Assembly: GCA_964482645.1 (NCBI GenBank)
Contig: CAYZYQ010000001.1
Location: 31,271 to 95,270 of the forward strand
Length of the DNA stretch: 64,000 nucleotides
Reading direction: 5' to 3'
DNA from: an uncultured Lentisphaeraceae bacterium
Lineage (GTDB): Bacteria; Verrucomicrobiota; Kiritimatiellia; RFP12; UBA1067
The stretch's first letter is position 1. Each line of letters starts with the position of its first letter. Position numbers and translations under genes: made by a program. Shown piece after piece: positions 45,307-54,231 of the stretch. The notes beneath the pieces are model-generated. The model was not told the DNA's origin, did no database searches, and worked only from the letters and a program-made list of their open reading frames with translations.

Positions 45307-47691
45307 TCAGGCTATTTCAACGATGCGGTCCATCATGAACTCGCCGTCCATTGTGCAGACGCGGCACTCGACGTCTTCGGGATGCAGTTCCGTGGCGTCG
45401 CCTCTGAACGTGCCGGTTGCGGACACGACTCGCAGGGCGTTGTTCAGCGGATCGCTTTCAAGTCTCACCGAGACTCCGTCGCCGATTCCGCCATGTTTTT
45501 CGAGCGCTTCCGGTTTTATGCGGAGTTCGTACGACAGGATGGCTGTTTTCCCATATGGCGTCTTGCGCGCGAAAAGACGTCGCGGCGACGTCATCGGGAT
45601 GTCCTTCTGCAGTTCCCCGTCTCCGAATATCGGGCGCGTGAACGCGACGTGCTGCCCGTCGGGAACGATGCCCCACTTGAAGTCCGTGTTCACGACGTTG
45701 TTCGTGAACGACAGGTTCACGGATGCTTCGTTGCGCAGCGCATACAGCGCTCCGCCAAGCGCGGTCGAGATCTTCGAGTCGGTGATGCTCTTCGCGCCAT
45801 TGAAGAACTTGCCGCACCAGTCGCTGACGCGGTAGTCCTTCATGCTCCGGATTGCGGACGAGGGCAGGGCGATGCGTCTCTTGAACACGTTCTGCACTGC
45901 GGTGAACTCCATCGTCTTTCCGGAGAGGACGAGCATGTCGACGTCGTACGCGGCAATCAGATTCGCGAAGGAATGCGCGATGCTCCGAAATGTCTTCTCC
46001 GCGGTTGCACGGTAGGCGGAGACAATCTCCTGCGTAATGGCAATCTCGATTTCAAGGTCCTTGACTTTCTCAACGTCATCGATTTTCAGTTTTGCAATGC
46101 GGCACCAATCGGTGGCGTCGTCGTTCGAGAACTTGTGCCGGAAGACAGACAGGTCGTCATCGCGGATGTCGTCATTCGGATATCGCCGCAGAAGTTCGTC
46201 CAGTTTGATGGCGAGCGAAAGGGCAAGGTCGAACCAGAACGTCTTTGTCAGCGATCTGACGTGCGATCGCATTTCCGACGAATGGTAGTTCGCGCGAAGG
46301 TCTGCGTCCTTCGTTCCGAATTCATGCTCCAATTTCTGCGCAACGGCCTTGAACCCTGCCTTGGCAACGCAGTTCTCGATGAACGCGAAGATGAACGCAT
46401 CTCCGGCCGTGTTCACGCCATCGCGGCAGAAGAGGTCTATCGTGGCGCTGTACGGATCGACGCCGGCCGTTTCCTCCGATGCGGACACGGCGGATATCGA
46501 GAGATCGGACGTTCCGCCTCCGACGTCGATGACGGCAATCCTGGCCTCGCGTCCAATCGGAGACCTGCGGCCTATGGACTGGAGCCAGAAGAACGCACTC
46601 GGGTTTCTGCGGATTTCGTTGTAGGCGAAGAGAGAGAGCACGGACGTCGCCTCGTCGATGTCCGAGGTCAGCTCCACTTCCGTCTCGGGAAAATTCCGCA
46701 GATAGGCTCGCAGTCCATTCTGCAGCCGTTCGCGGTACAGTTCCAGCTCGCGCGGCAGAAGCGTGGAAGGATATGTGACGTGAATGCGGGAGATTCTGCG
46801 GCAGCGCGAGTCGCATGATTTTTTCTTGAACTCCGCCGAAGAGACGTAGTAGCACCCCTGTTCGTACAGTTCCGCCAGCATGGCGCCGAGCATGGCGGCG
46901 GGTGGAAGACGGTTCATGTCGATTCCGCAGTCCATTCCAAGTTCTGCCGCGATGATTCCGTTCAGATGTTCCACTTTCGGCTGCTCGGCGTCGACAGGCA
47001 TTCTTGAGGCGACCCATTCGCGTGACGAAGGATCGGCGTCCCAGAAATACCTTTTGGGGCTTGAAAGCGTATAGCGTCCCGCTCCTTCGCGACCTCTGAA
47101 CTGATAGTTGTTCCATTCCGCAAAGCGTCCGAGTCTGACAAACGACAGCCGTCCCTCGTTGTCGCAGAATTCACCGTCGGGGCGTGAATCCGCGTTCGTG
47201 AGCGACACCAGGCTTTTGAACGCGCCCTTCAGGGGACTCTCGCTTTTCCGCTGCTTGCACGCGATCGGCAATTCGTATACCGACGGGGCGCTTTCTCCAA
47301 GACCGTCGACGAGAAGAGCCACCGTGCGCGTGTTGCCAAGATCAATTGAGAGCATGCAGTCGACGACGTTGGACGGCGTCGCGATCTCATAACCCTCCCA
47401 GTCCTCGAAGTCGCCTAACTTTCTCCTGGCGTTTGGGTCTTTGCGGTCGCCGGGACGCGGCAGGGAAGGGCGCGCGTCGACCGTGAGGTACAGTATGTAC
47501 CTGGTCGTTTCCGTATCTCCGCCTACGGGTCTGCTCTTTTCCGTGGATGTCACGTACAGCAGACGATGGGGCACGACCCCTCCGTCCGATTCGGCTGCGA
47601 ACGCGCCCTGTTCCAGATTGTTAAACACGCTTTCCTCTAGATCAAGTTTCAGCGTGCAGACTTCGCCTTTGTAGATTGCAGATAATGCCAT
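45307..47691 (-). CDS. Hsp70/actin-fold ATPase-like protein (about 795 aa)
   Basis: Phosphate-1-like MLSIDLGNTRTVALLVDG and phosphate-2-like IAVIDVGGGTSDLSI motifs in the spacing expected for an Hsp70-type nucleotide-binding domain; start ambiguous (ATG 47691, or 47793/47838 overlapping upstream gene). Confidence 0.65.
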   Translation of the reverse strand: MALSAIYKGEVCTLKLDLEESVFNNLEQGAFAAESDGGVVPHRLLYVTSTEKSRPVGGDTETTRYILYLTVDARPSLPRPGDRKDPNARRKLGDFEDWEGYEIATPSNVVDCMLSIDLGNTRTVALLVDGLGESAPSVYELPIACKQRKSESPLKGAFKSLVSLTNADSRPDGEFCDNEGRLSFVRLGRFAEWNNYQFRGREGAGRYTLSSPKRYFWDADPSSREWVASRMPVDAEQPKVEHLNGIIAAELGMDCGIDMNRLPPAAMLGAMLAELYEQGCYYVSSAEFKKKSCDSRCRRISRIHVTYPSTLLPRELELYRERLQNGLRAYLRNFPETEVELTSDIDEATSVLSLFAYNEIRRNPSAFFWLQSIGRRSPIGREARIAVIDVGGGTSDLSISAVSASEETAGVDPYSATIDLFCRDGVNTAGDAFIFAFIENCVAKAGFKAVAQKLEHEFGTKDADLRANYHSSEMRSHVRSLTKTFWFDLALSLAIKLDELLRRYPNDDIRDDDLSVFRHKFSNDDATDWCRIAKLKIDDVEKVKDLEIEIAITQEIVSAYRATAEKTFRSIAHSFANLIAAYDVDMLVLSGKTMEFTAVQNVFKRRIALPSSAIRSMKDYRVSDWCGKFFNGAKSITDSKISTALGGALYALRNEASVNLSFTNNVVNTDFKWGIVPDGQHVAFTRPIFGDGELQKDIPMTSPRRLFARKTPYGKTAILSYELRIKPEALEKHGGIGDGVSVRLESDPLNNALRVVSATGTFRGDATELHPEDVECRVCTMDGEFMMDRIVEIA

Positions 47692-47716
47692 GAGGGTTTC
47701 CAGAGAATGTCCGTGT

Positions 47717-48193
47717 TTACTTTGAATCGCATTGGAACAGGCTTTCAAGGCGCATTCGCCAGGGCTTTGTCTGTCCCTGCCCAAGGACGGCATTTGCGTC
47801 CTTGATTGAACGGTGCGTATCGTCGGTCGACGTTTCACCGCGCATCACGCGCATGAAGAACCGCGCGAGATGATCGCGGATTTCCTTCTCCGATGCGTTC
47901 CAGTTGCAGAGTTCGTCGCTGAACGTCTGGAACTCATTCGATTCGCCATCGTCGCCGAGACAGCGGTCGCAGCGCTTCCGATAGAACGCCTGCCGTTCGG
48001 AAGACGGCCCGGCGGCCTTGATGAACTCCTTTAGGATTTCCGCAACGGCGTCCGTGTCCACGTACTGGTCTTCCAGGTCAAGGGCGATGAAATGGTCTCC
48101 AACCAGTTCCGTCTCGTCCCATATCAGCCGGAGATACGTCTCTTCCGTGGCTCCGGCCTTTTTTTCCCTCTCGAAATCTTCTCTAAGTCCCAT
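47717..48193 (-). CDS. hypothetical acidic protein
   Basis: 158-aa ORF tightly packed between tubulin-like and Hsp70-like genes; no recognisable motif. Confidence 0.5.
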   Translation of the reverse strand: MGLREDFEREKKAGATEETYLRLIWDETELVGDHFIALDLEDQYVDTDAVAEILKEFIKAAGPSSERQAFYRKRCDRCLGDDGESNEFQTFSDELCNWNASEKEIRDHLARFFMRVMRGETSTDDTHRSIKDANAVLGQGQTKPWRMRLESLFQCDSK

Positions 48194-48206
48194 TTCCCAT
48201 CTCCAA

Positions 48207-51164
48207 TCAGATTCCGTGGATATCCAGCGTGGACGTTATCGTCGCCTTTGCCGTATTGAGCTCCGCGATTTCCGCGTCCGTTATTGAAAAACGGAGGGCG
48301 TTGAAGATGTCTGTTTCGCAATTCAGCACGCTCGTGAACCTCGCCTTTGGATAGAACGATACGAAACCCTTCGGACTGCGGATCCACGCGAGAATCTTTC
48401 CCGTCCAGTCGACGGAAATAAAGTCGAACTGGCACGTGCCATCGAGATTGTCCACCACGCCCAGTTCGTGAAGCCTTGCGCCCGGGAGTCCAAACTTGTC
48501 TCCGTCCTTTGTGAACGTGAACTCGACTTTGGGCTTGTGCAGCAGGACGGTGGCGTCCGGATTCGCGGTGTTTTTCTTGTACGCCTTCCAGGACTCGTTG
48601 AGTCTGCACTCGATCGATTCCATGATGACGCCGAAACGGATCATTTCGGACAGCGTCATGGTCGTTCGCGACGACGGCGCCATGAGACCGGCCCTTATCC
48701 ACGCCTGTTTTACGGCGGGCATGGACGAATAGAGCCTTGAGAGCGTGTCGTGCGCCGTGAAGTCGATGCCGAGAGTCCCCATCCAGAGCCCCTGCACGTG
48801 TATAGGCGTCGCGTCCTTCTTCCTGCCCTTGAACAGCGGCGACGCGGCGGTTTCCTCGTCCTTCCACATGTTCGGGTTCATGATGCCCGATGAATGGTTT
48901 ACGGACAGGAAGGAATCTGCCGAGTTTGCCGTGTTCGGCATGGTCTTCAGACCGAGGACGTCGCAGACGTCGCCATTCGTCATCTTGAAGCCAGGCGGCG
49001 TTCCGCCCTGCTTGATTACGTAGTGGTAGTGGAACGTCTGGGAGTCCGGCGCCGCGAATTCCGGCGCATTCGTCCTGCAGCCGATTGAGTTCTTTGCCAC
49101 GGAGAAGTCCTGAAGCGTTGCACCCGAAAGAGGGTTGGCGCCCGGCTCCAGCTGGTCTGCAAGTTCGATGAACTTGTTGAAGACGCTTTCCTCCGCAAGC
49201 TCCAGGATGGCGTCCGCCGTATGGTCGTAATTGAGGAGTAGTTCGGCGGAGTCGTCGCGTGCGTTCATGTCCTTCACGGTCTGCACGTTCAGTCTCTTGT
49301 CGTTGACGCACTTGCGGTACACGATCGACATCACGATGCGGAATGGATCGAATGCGAGCTGTTTGCGCTTCTCGTCCGGGAGCGGGGCAAGCGGTTCCAC
49401 GAGAAGACCGTCTATGATGTGCGGATTCGTTCCGCCGCGCAGCTCCTTGCACTGTCTGTGCAGTTTCGCCTTCAGTTCGTCGCACTCTTTCCTGAAGTCG
49501 GAGAGTTCGCGCGAAAAGGCGCCTGTGTCGATGAACGACGTGCGCGCGCAGCGGCAGGCGCAGATGTAGAAGCCGAGCAGTTCGCGGAAGCGCTTGTCAA
49601 ACGCATCCACCACTTCCCTGAAGACTTCGTCCTCTTTCGAGAGGCCGAACACCCAGTCGCGTACGACGCGATTCTGCTTCCGCGTCGAGGCCAGCGCGAT
49701 CGCATTGTCCAGCGACTTGACCATCTCGGCCGCATACTGGGAGACGTTTGCCTTAAGCCCCTGGATCTTGTCATGAAGTTCTTTGTATCCCTGGGCGATG
49801 AGTTCCACGTTGACGTCGCCGTTCCAGTCTGCATACTTCGAACAGGCGAGGAGGAGCATGAGTTCCTTGGCGGGGACGACCCTGTACTCCGGAACGCCGT
49901 CTTTCACCGCGTCAAGCAGTTGCCTGAAGGAGTTCCTGAATTCTCCAAGGGACCTCTCGTTGATGGCGCCGCGTTCTTCCGCCTGGAGCAGCGCTTTCAG
50001 CGGAATGCACTGCGCGGGATCGACGCCGGCAAGGGCTTTCCTGTATTCGGGCAGCTGGGCGTCGATGAACACGCTTTTGACGTTCTCCAGGATTGCGGGG
50101 GCAGCTCCGCTTCCGTTCAGAAATCCCGTCCGCCCGTCCTTGCCGTCAAGGACGGCGATGAGGCTCTTGTAGAACCAGTTCTTCAGCGAGACCATCCGTC
50201 CGCTTTTCATCACGAACATGTTGAATGCGGAAAAACACGGATCCTCCTTGTCCACGTGGTACGCGGGGCCTGACTGCCCCGCGATCAGCCTGTCCACCCA
50301 GCGCGGATGGAATTCCTCCACGTGGAGGTACGTGGCGGCGAAGAGCTGTTCGGCCAGGAGCGACGTCACAAGCGGCCGGCGTCCATGCGGCGTGGGAAGC
50401 ACGTAGAGGTTGCCCATGGGCAGGGATGAACCCGAAATGCCGCGGTCTGCAAGCACGTGTCCGTCGGGCTTCGCGCCGGTGAACAGCGGAAACGCTTGGT
50501 CTTCCTTCTGCACCCACACGGGGACTTTGAAGCCGGGGCGTTCCGATTCCAGCCGTCGCCGCCAGCTTGCCGTCTGGAGGTCCTTGAACATCGAGATCAT
50601 GTTCAGCGCGATTGGATAGTTGCCCTCTCCGGGAATCGCCTCCGGCATCAGGAGAAAGCCCAGCACCACCACGTTCTTGAAGTCGGGGTTTGCGTTTCTC
50701 TTCCGCAGAATCTGCAGGTCGAGGAAATCGCATATGTTCAGGAACAGGCCTCCGGACGTTCCACCGAACGCAGAGCCCACCACGACGATCTGGTCGTCCG
50801 GTTCTAGCGGGAATTCGTTCTCGATTTCAGCCCAGGTCTTTCTGATGAACTCGGCCGCCTTGCCGGAGACAGAACGGTCGCCGCCGACACCGCCCGCAGG
50901 AACGGTCTTGGCCGTCCATGACGGCTGGAAGCTCTTTTCCACGTCTCCGTCGTCGTCCGATATCTTCAGCACGTAGCCCTTCACGCGCGACGTGTGCAGG
51001 CGCGTCCCAAGGGCGTTGAAGGCGTCGATCTCCGACGGCATCGAGTCGATCGCCACGTAGCGGTCGTCGAACCTTCCAAACAGATTCTCCTCGCACAGGC
51101 GTTTGATGAGCGCCATTACGCCTTTCAACGACTCGCTTCCGGATGCAATGAAAATTCTCTTCAT
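48207..51164 (-). CDS. tubulin/FtsZ-like GTPase domain protein with about 700-aa helical C-terminal extension
   Basis: N-terminus RIFIASGSESLKGVMALIKRL...VAIDSMPSEIDAF resembles the FtsZ/tubulin N-terminal strand-loop-helix and DxxAL; VVVGSAFGGTSGGLFLNICDFL resembles the T4 GGGTGSG loop; 985 aa. Confidence 0.6.
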   Translation of the reverse strand: MKRIFIASGSESLKGVMALIKRLCEENLFGRFDDRYVAIDSMPSEIDAFNALGTRLHTSRVKGYVLKISDDDGDVEKSFQPSWTAKTVPAGGVGGDRSVSGKAAEFIRKTWAEIENEFPLEPDDQIVVVGSAFGGTSGGLFLNICDFLDLQILRKRNANPDFKNVVVLGFLLMPEAIPGEGNYPIALNMISMFKDLQTASWRRRLESERPGFKVPVWVQKEDQAFPLFTGAKPDGHVLADRGISGSSLPMGNLYVLPTPHGRRPLVTSLLAEQLFAATYLHVEEFHPRWVDRLIAGQSGPAYHVDKEDPCFSAFNMFVMKSGRMVSLKNWFYKSLIAVLDGKDGRTGFLNGSGAAPAILENVKSVFIDAQLPEYRKALAGVDPAQCIPLKALLQAEERGAINERSLGEFRNSFRQLLDAVKDGVPEYRVVPAKELMLLLACSKYADWNGDVNVELIAQGYKELHDKIQGLKANVSQYAAEMVKSLDNAIALASTRKQNRVVRDWVFGLSKEDEVFREVVDAFDKRFRELLGFYICACRCARTSFIDTGAFSRELSDFRKECDELKAKLHRQCKELRGGTNPHIIDGLLVEPLAPLPDEKRKQLAFDPFRIVMSIVYRKCVNDKRLNVQTVKDMNARDDSAELLLNYDHTADAILELAEESVFNKFIELADQLEPGANPLSGATLQDFSVAKNSIGCRTNAPEFAAPDSQTFHYHYVIKQGGTPPGFKMTNGDVCDVLGLKTMPNTANSADSFLSVNHSSGIMNPNMWKDEETAASPLFKGRKKDATPIHVQGLWMGTLGIDFTAHDTLSRLYSSMPAVKQAWIRAGLMAPSSRTTMTLSEMIRFGVIMESIECRLNESWKAYKKNTANPDATVLLHKPKVEFTFTKDGDKFGLPGARLHELGVVDNLDGTCQFDFISVDWTGKILAWIRSPKGFVSFYPKARFTSVLNCETDIFNALRFSITDAEIAELNTAKATITSTLDIHGI

Positions 51165-51189
51165 GGTGTTTCCTTTCTGCGTCTGCGCC

Positions 51190-51783
51190 CTACAGTCTTG
51201 TCGTCTGCCGCTTCATCTTGAAGCCCGGCCAGAAGAACCATGCCAGCACGACCATGTCCAGAAGTGTCGGAATGATTGGGTGTATGTAGCCGTAGTGCCT
51301 GTAGAAGAATGCGGTCGTCCTGTACGCCGGCCGCTTGCTTGCGTCGGCGTGGTCTTTCGCGTCGCCCTTGTTCTGCGCGGCGCGACTGTTCTGGCACTTC
51401 TCGCTGATGGCCTTGATGTTCCAGAAGTCGTTCTTCGCGTTCGCGTCATATCCCGGCATCGACGCCCTGTAGTCCGTCGCGAACGACGTGATCCCGCTTA
51501 TTTCGGTCACCAGCACGGAGTGCGCGACGAAATAGATGCACGCCATGGCGACGAGGCTGGCCCAGAAGCACTTGCACCATGCCTCCCCGGCCGTGCGCCA
51601 GGCGCCTTTTGCCTCTTGATTGAATCGGTTTCGGAAAAAGCGCACAAGGCCGAAGACCAGGCCGACGGGAAGGGCGATGAAGAAAAAGGCGTCCCAGGCG
51701 AGAAGCGCCAGGCTCGTCGGCAGAAGGCTTTTCAGCATCGTCAGCCATCCTTCGACGGACAGCGAATTCAGAGTTTCGATCAT
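51190..51783 (-). CDS. integral membrane protein (about 4 TM)
   Basis: Hydrophobic helices LLPTSLALLAWDAFFFIALPVGLVFGLV, CFWASLVAMACIYFVAHSVLV, IIPTLLDMVVLAWFFW; 14-nt gap to neighbours. Confidence 0.55.
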   Translation of the reverse strand: MIETLNSLSVEGWLTMLKSLLPTSLALLAWDAFFFIALPVGLVFGLVRFFRNRFNQEAKGAWRTAGEAWCKCFWASLVAMACIYFVAHSVLVTEISGITSFATDYRASMPGYDANAKNDFWNIKAISEKCQNSRAAQNKGDAKDHADASKRPAYRTTAFFYRHYGYIHPIIPTLLDMVVLAWFFWPGFKMKRQTTRL

Positions 51784-51797
51784 TTCCGTTCTCCTTG

Positions 51798-54176
51798 TTA
51801 GACTGCCCGTCGGAACTCGATTTGTCCGACAGGCTCCATTGCCACTTTGTTTTCAAACAGCAGGTAGATCCCCTCGTCGAAGACGACCGTGTTCTCCCCG
51901 ACGGTCTTCTTGTCCGTGCCTGCAATGGGCATCAGTTGGACGTCCTTGCCGGGGGCGCGCAGTTCAAATTCGACCGCCTCCGTCTCCCCCTTGCGGCAGA
52001 TGACGACGAGGTCGACCGGACAGCCGCATTTCCCGTCCAGTCGCACGGCGCGGTTGAGCCTGACGTCAAGCACGACTTGCGTATCGGACTCCTTGTTTGA
52101 ACGGTAGAGGATCTGCGCGGCAGTTCTGCCGCGAACGAGCTTGGCGACAACCACGCCCGTACCTGCGACAAGAGCCGGCAGCAGCACGAACGGAAGAACG
52201 TTGCCTCCGCCATTCGGCGTTCCGCCTTCGACCGGGATGGGCACTCGCTTCCACTCTTCGAGTTCGGCCTTGGCCGTTGCCAGCTCGTTGTCGTTTACGG
52301 CCGCCTCCACTTTTTTCCGTAGCGATTCAAGTTCGGCGCGGTTCTGGATGACGTCGTCGCCATTTGCCGAATTGTCCAGGCGCCAGACTCGCCTGTTCAG
52401 GAGTTCATCTTTCTTTCCTTGAAGTGCGGCCTCCTTGACGCGCCGTTTTTCTTCATCGTCCTTAAACTTTTCGGCCTCTTGATCGGCTTCGACCTGTTTA
52501 GGTGTCTTTGTGGCTGACTTCGTGGCGGGTTTCCATACATTGAATGCGTTCACCGCCTCGTCGAGGGAATCTTTGTCTTTTGCGGCTTTTATCCTCTGCA
52601 GAATCGTAGAGAGGTCTTCGTGATTGAAGATTTGATCCTCGGAATATACGGCCAGTTGTCTCTCCACAATACTAATGGCATTCGTACGCAATTCTTCAAA
52701 CCTGCGGCGGGCTATTTCCGCCTCTATCTCCTTGTTCCTCCGCGCCATGCTTTCCTCCAGTGTAGAAAGGCGTCCCGCCAGTTTTTCAAGCTCGGAGATG
52801 AACAAGGCGATGTCCTTCGTCGACAGCCTTGGGTCGTTGTCGATGAAGCCCGTGCACTTTGCAAGTTGATTGGAGATGTCGTTACAGTCGGAAGCAAAGG
52901 CGCTTCTGTCGCTCGCCGGCATTTTGGAAAGGCGTTCTACGGTGGAGTGCACTTTGATGGCGATGCCCTTCTTCTTTTCCTTGAGTTCGCGCAGGCATTC
53001 AAGGCGCGTGTTCTCTTCGGTCACGGATGCGACGAGTTCTGCGATGGAATCCAGTTTTACCTTGATATACGGCTTGTCAGGTGCAGCGGCAAGGTCGGCG
53101 AGCTGTTTCACGGCGTCGCCTTTCTGCCCTTCCTTCCGCGCCTTTGCGAGGGCGTTTGTGACATCGGAGAAGAGACGTTCTCTGTCGCGAAGACATCCGT
53201 AGTCGAACAGACTCGAATCCCATGTGCGCGTATACGTGATTCCGGCGGGCGAGACAATTGACGCCACCAGTTCATTCTGTCCGAGAACGGGCGTCAGGTT
53301 CGTCGAGTCTTCGTCAAGCGAAATAGACTGCCCATTGTGCCTTATGGTCGTCGTCCATGTTTCCCTTCTTGGCAGTCGGCTTGTTCGCCTTACGGCGATA
53401 TGCGTGTCTTCTGGATTGCAGACAAGCGCCTCCAGACCGGCTTTCTCCGTTTCCGAAAGCGCGTAGTAATGGTCGACGATGGCGTTGGCGACGTCGTTGG
53501 CGTTCGTGTCCAGGGCGACGCGAAGGAAATCTCGCCATTTTTCATGCGACCAGTATGGCTTGAAGATGCCCGCGTTCACTGATTCTGCTGGCGCGTGAAG
53601 CATGAAAAACATGATGTCGTGTTCTTCGTCGAGATGAAACGCGCCATGTCGCGTAGTCAGGTCCGGGTCGTTGGAAATGATGCAGACGACGACATTTCGG
53701 GCAGATTTTTCGTTGTCGAGCACCTGCTTCACGAGGATGTCCCGTCCCCACTCCTCGTCCTCTTTCCCGAATGCGCCGAAATCGGAACGGCTGGCTTTCC
53801 TTGAAAGCGAAAATGGCATGACGATGCCGGGTTTCAGCAGATATGCCGTCCCCGTGTTCACTTCGACGTAGTTTCCGAAGCCGCGCCGGCGCAGCCCTGC
53901 TTCAATCGGATTGTCACGATCGGCCAGAAGCGACCGCAATGCGTTGATGGCACGGACATAGGCGTGGGACGTTCCGTAGTCCATGTTCGCGTCCTTGTTG
54001 CGCTTGTGTCCGTCCACGTAGAAATGCACACTGACATCCCGTCGCCCGTCCAGCGACATGTTTCTCTCTATGGGCGGTACCGCCATGTCGTTCAATGCGG
54101 CCGCGCAAGTCCATGCCGCAAGCAAAATCGCGACTATGCCATATGATTTAAACATAAATTCTCTTCCTTCGCACAA
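51798..54176 (-). CDS. secreted/membrane-anchored protein: signal peptide, about 300-aa ectodomain (possible degenerate vWA), long coiled-coil, single TM, about 110-aa C-terminal domain
   Basis: Signal peptide MFKSYGIVAILLAAWTCAAA; ectodomain with DVSVHFYVDG...NVVVCIISNDPDL; about 250 aa Lys/Glu-rich coiled-coil; TM VLPFVLLPALVAGTGVVVAKLV; first gene of operon. Confidence 0.6.
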   Translation of the reverse strand: MCEGREFMFKSYGIVAILLAAWTCAAALNDMAVPPIERNMSLDGRRDVSVHFYVDGHKRNKDANMDYGTSHAYVRAINALRSLLADRDNPIEAGLRRRGFGNYVEVNTGTAYLLKPGIVMPFSLSRKASRSDFGAFGKEDEEWGRDILVKQVLDNEKSARNVVVCIISNDPDLTTRHGAFHLDEEHDIMFFMLHAPAESVNAGIFKPYWSHEKWRDFLRVALDTNANDVANAIVDHYYALSETEKAGLEALVCNPEDTHIAVRRTSRLPRRETWTTTIRHNGQSISLDEDSTNLTPVLGQNELVASIVSPAGITYTRTWDSSLFDYGCLRDRERLFSDVTNALAKARKEGQKGDAVKQLADLAAAPDKPYIKVKLDSIAELVASVTEENTRLECLRELKEKKKGIAIKVHSTVERLSKMPASDRSAFASDCNDISNQLAKCTGFIDNDPRLSTKDIALFISELEKLAGRLSTLEESMARRNKEIEAEIARRRFEELRTNAISIVERQLAVYSEDQIFNHEDLSTILQRIKAAKDKDSLDEAVNAFNVWKPATKSATKTPKQVEADQEAEKFKDDEEKRRVKEAALQGKKDELLNRRVWRLDNSANGDDVIQNRAELESLRKKVEAAVNDNELATAKAELEEWKRVPIPVEGGTPNGGGNVLPFVLLPALVAGTGVVVAKLVRGRTAAQILYRSNKESDTQVVLDVRLNRAVRLDGKCGCPVDLVVICRKGETEAVEFELRAPGKDVQLMPIAGTDKKTVGENTVVFDEGIYLLFENKVAMEPVGQIEFRRAV

Positions 54177-54212
54177 GATGTCGTTGAATGAAAACGCGCA
54201 TATTTTACAATA

Positions 54213-54231
54213 CCCCCCCCCCCCCCCCCCC
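54213..54231. repeat. homopolymeric C19 (G19 on coding strand) tract 37-55 nt upstream of operon start codon
   Basis: 19 consecutive C residues read directly; sits between island operon start (54176) and repeat copy 2. Confidence 0.9.

Noticed and set aside
54213-54231. Treating the C19 tract purely as a sequencing artefact
   Set aside because: This cannot be excluded, since homopolymers are error-prone. However the tract lies exactly in the promoter region of the island operon, which is a biologically meaningful location, so it is kept as a finding with the caveat stated.
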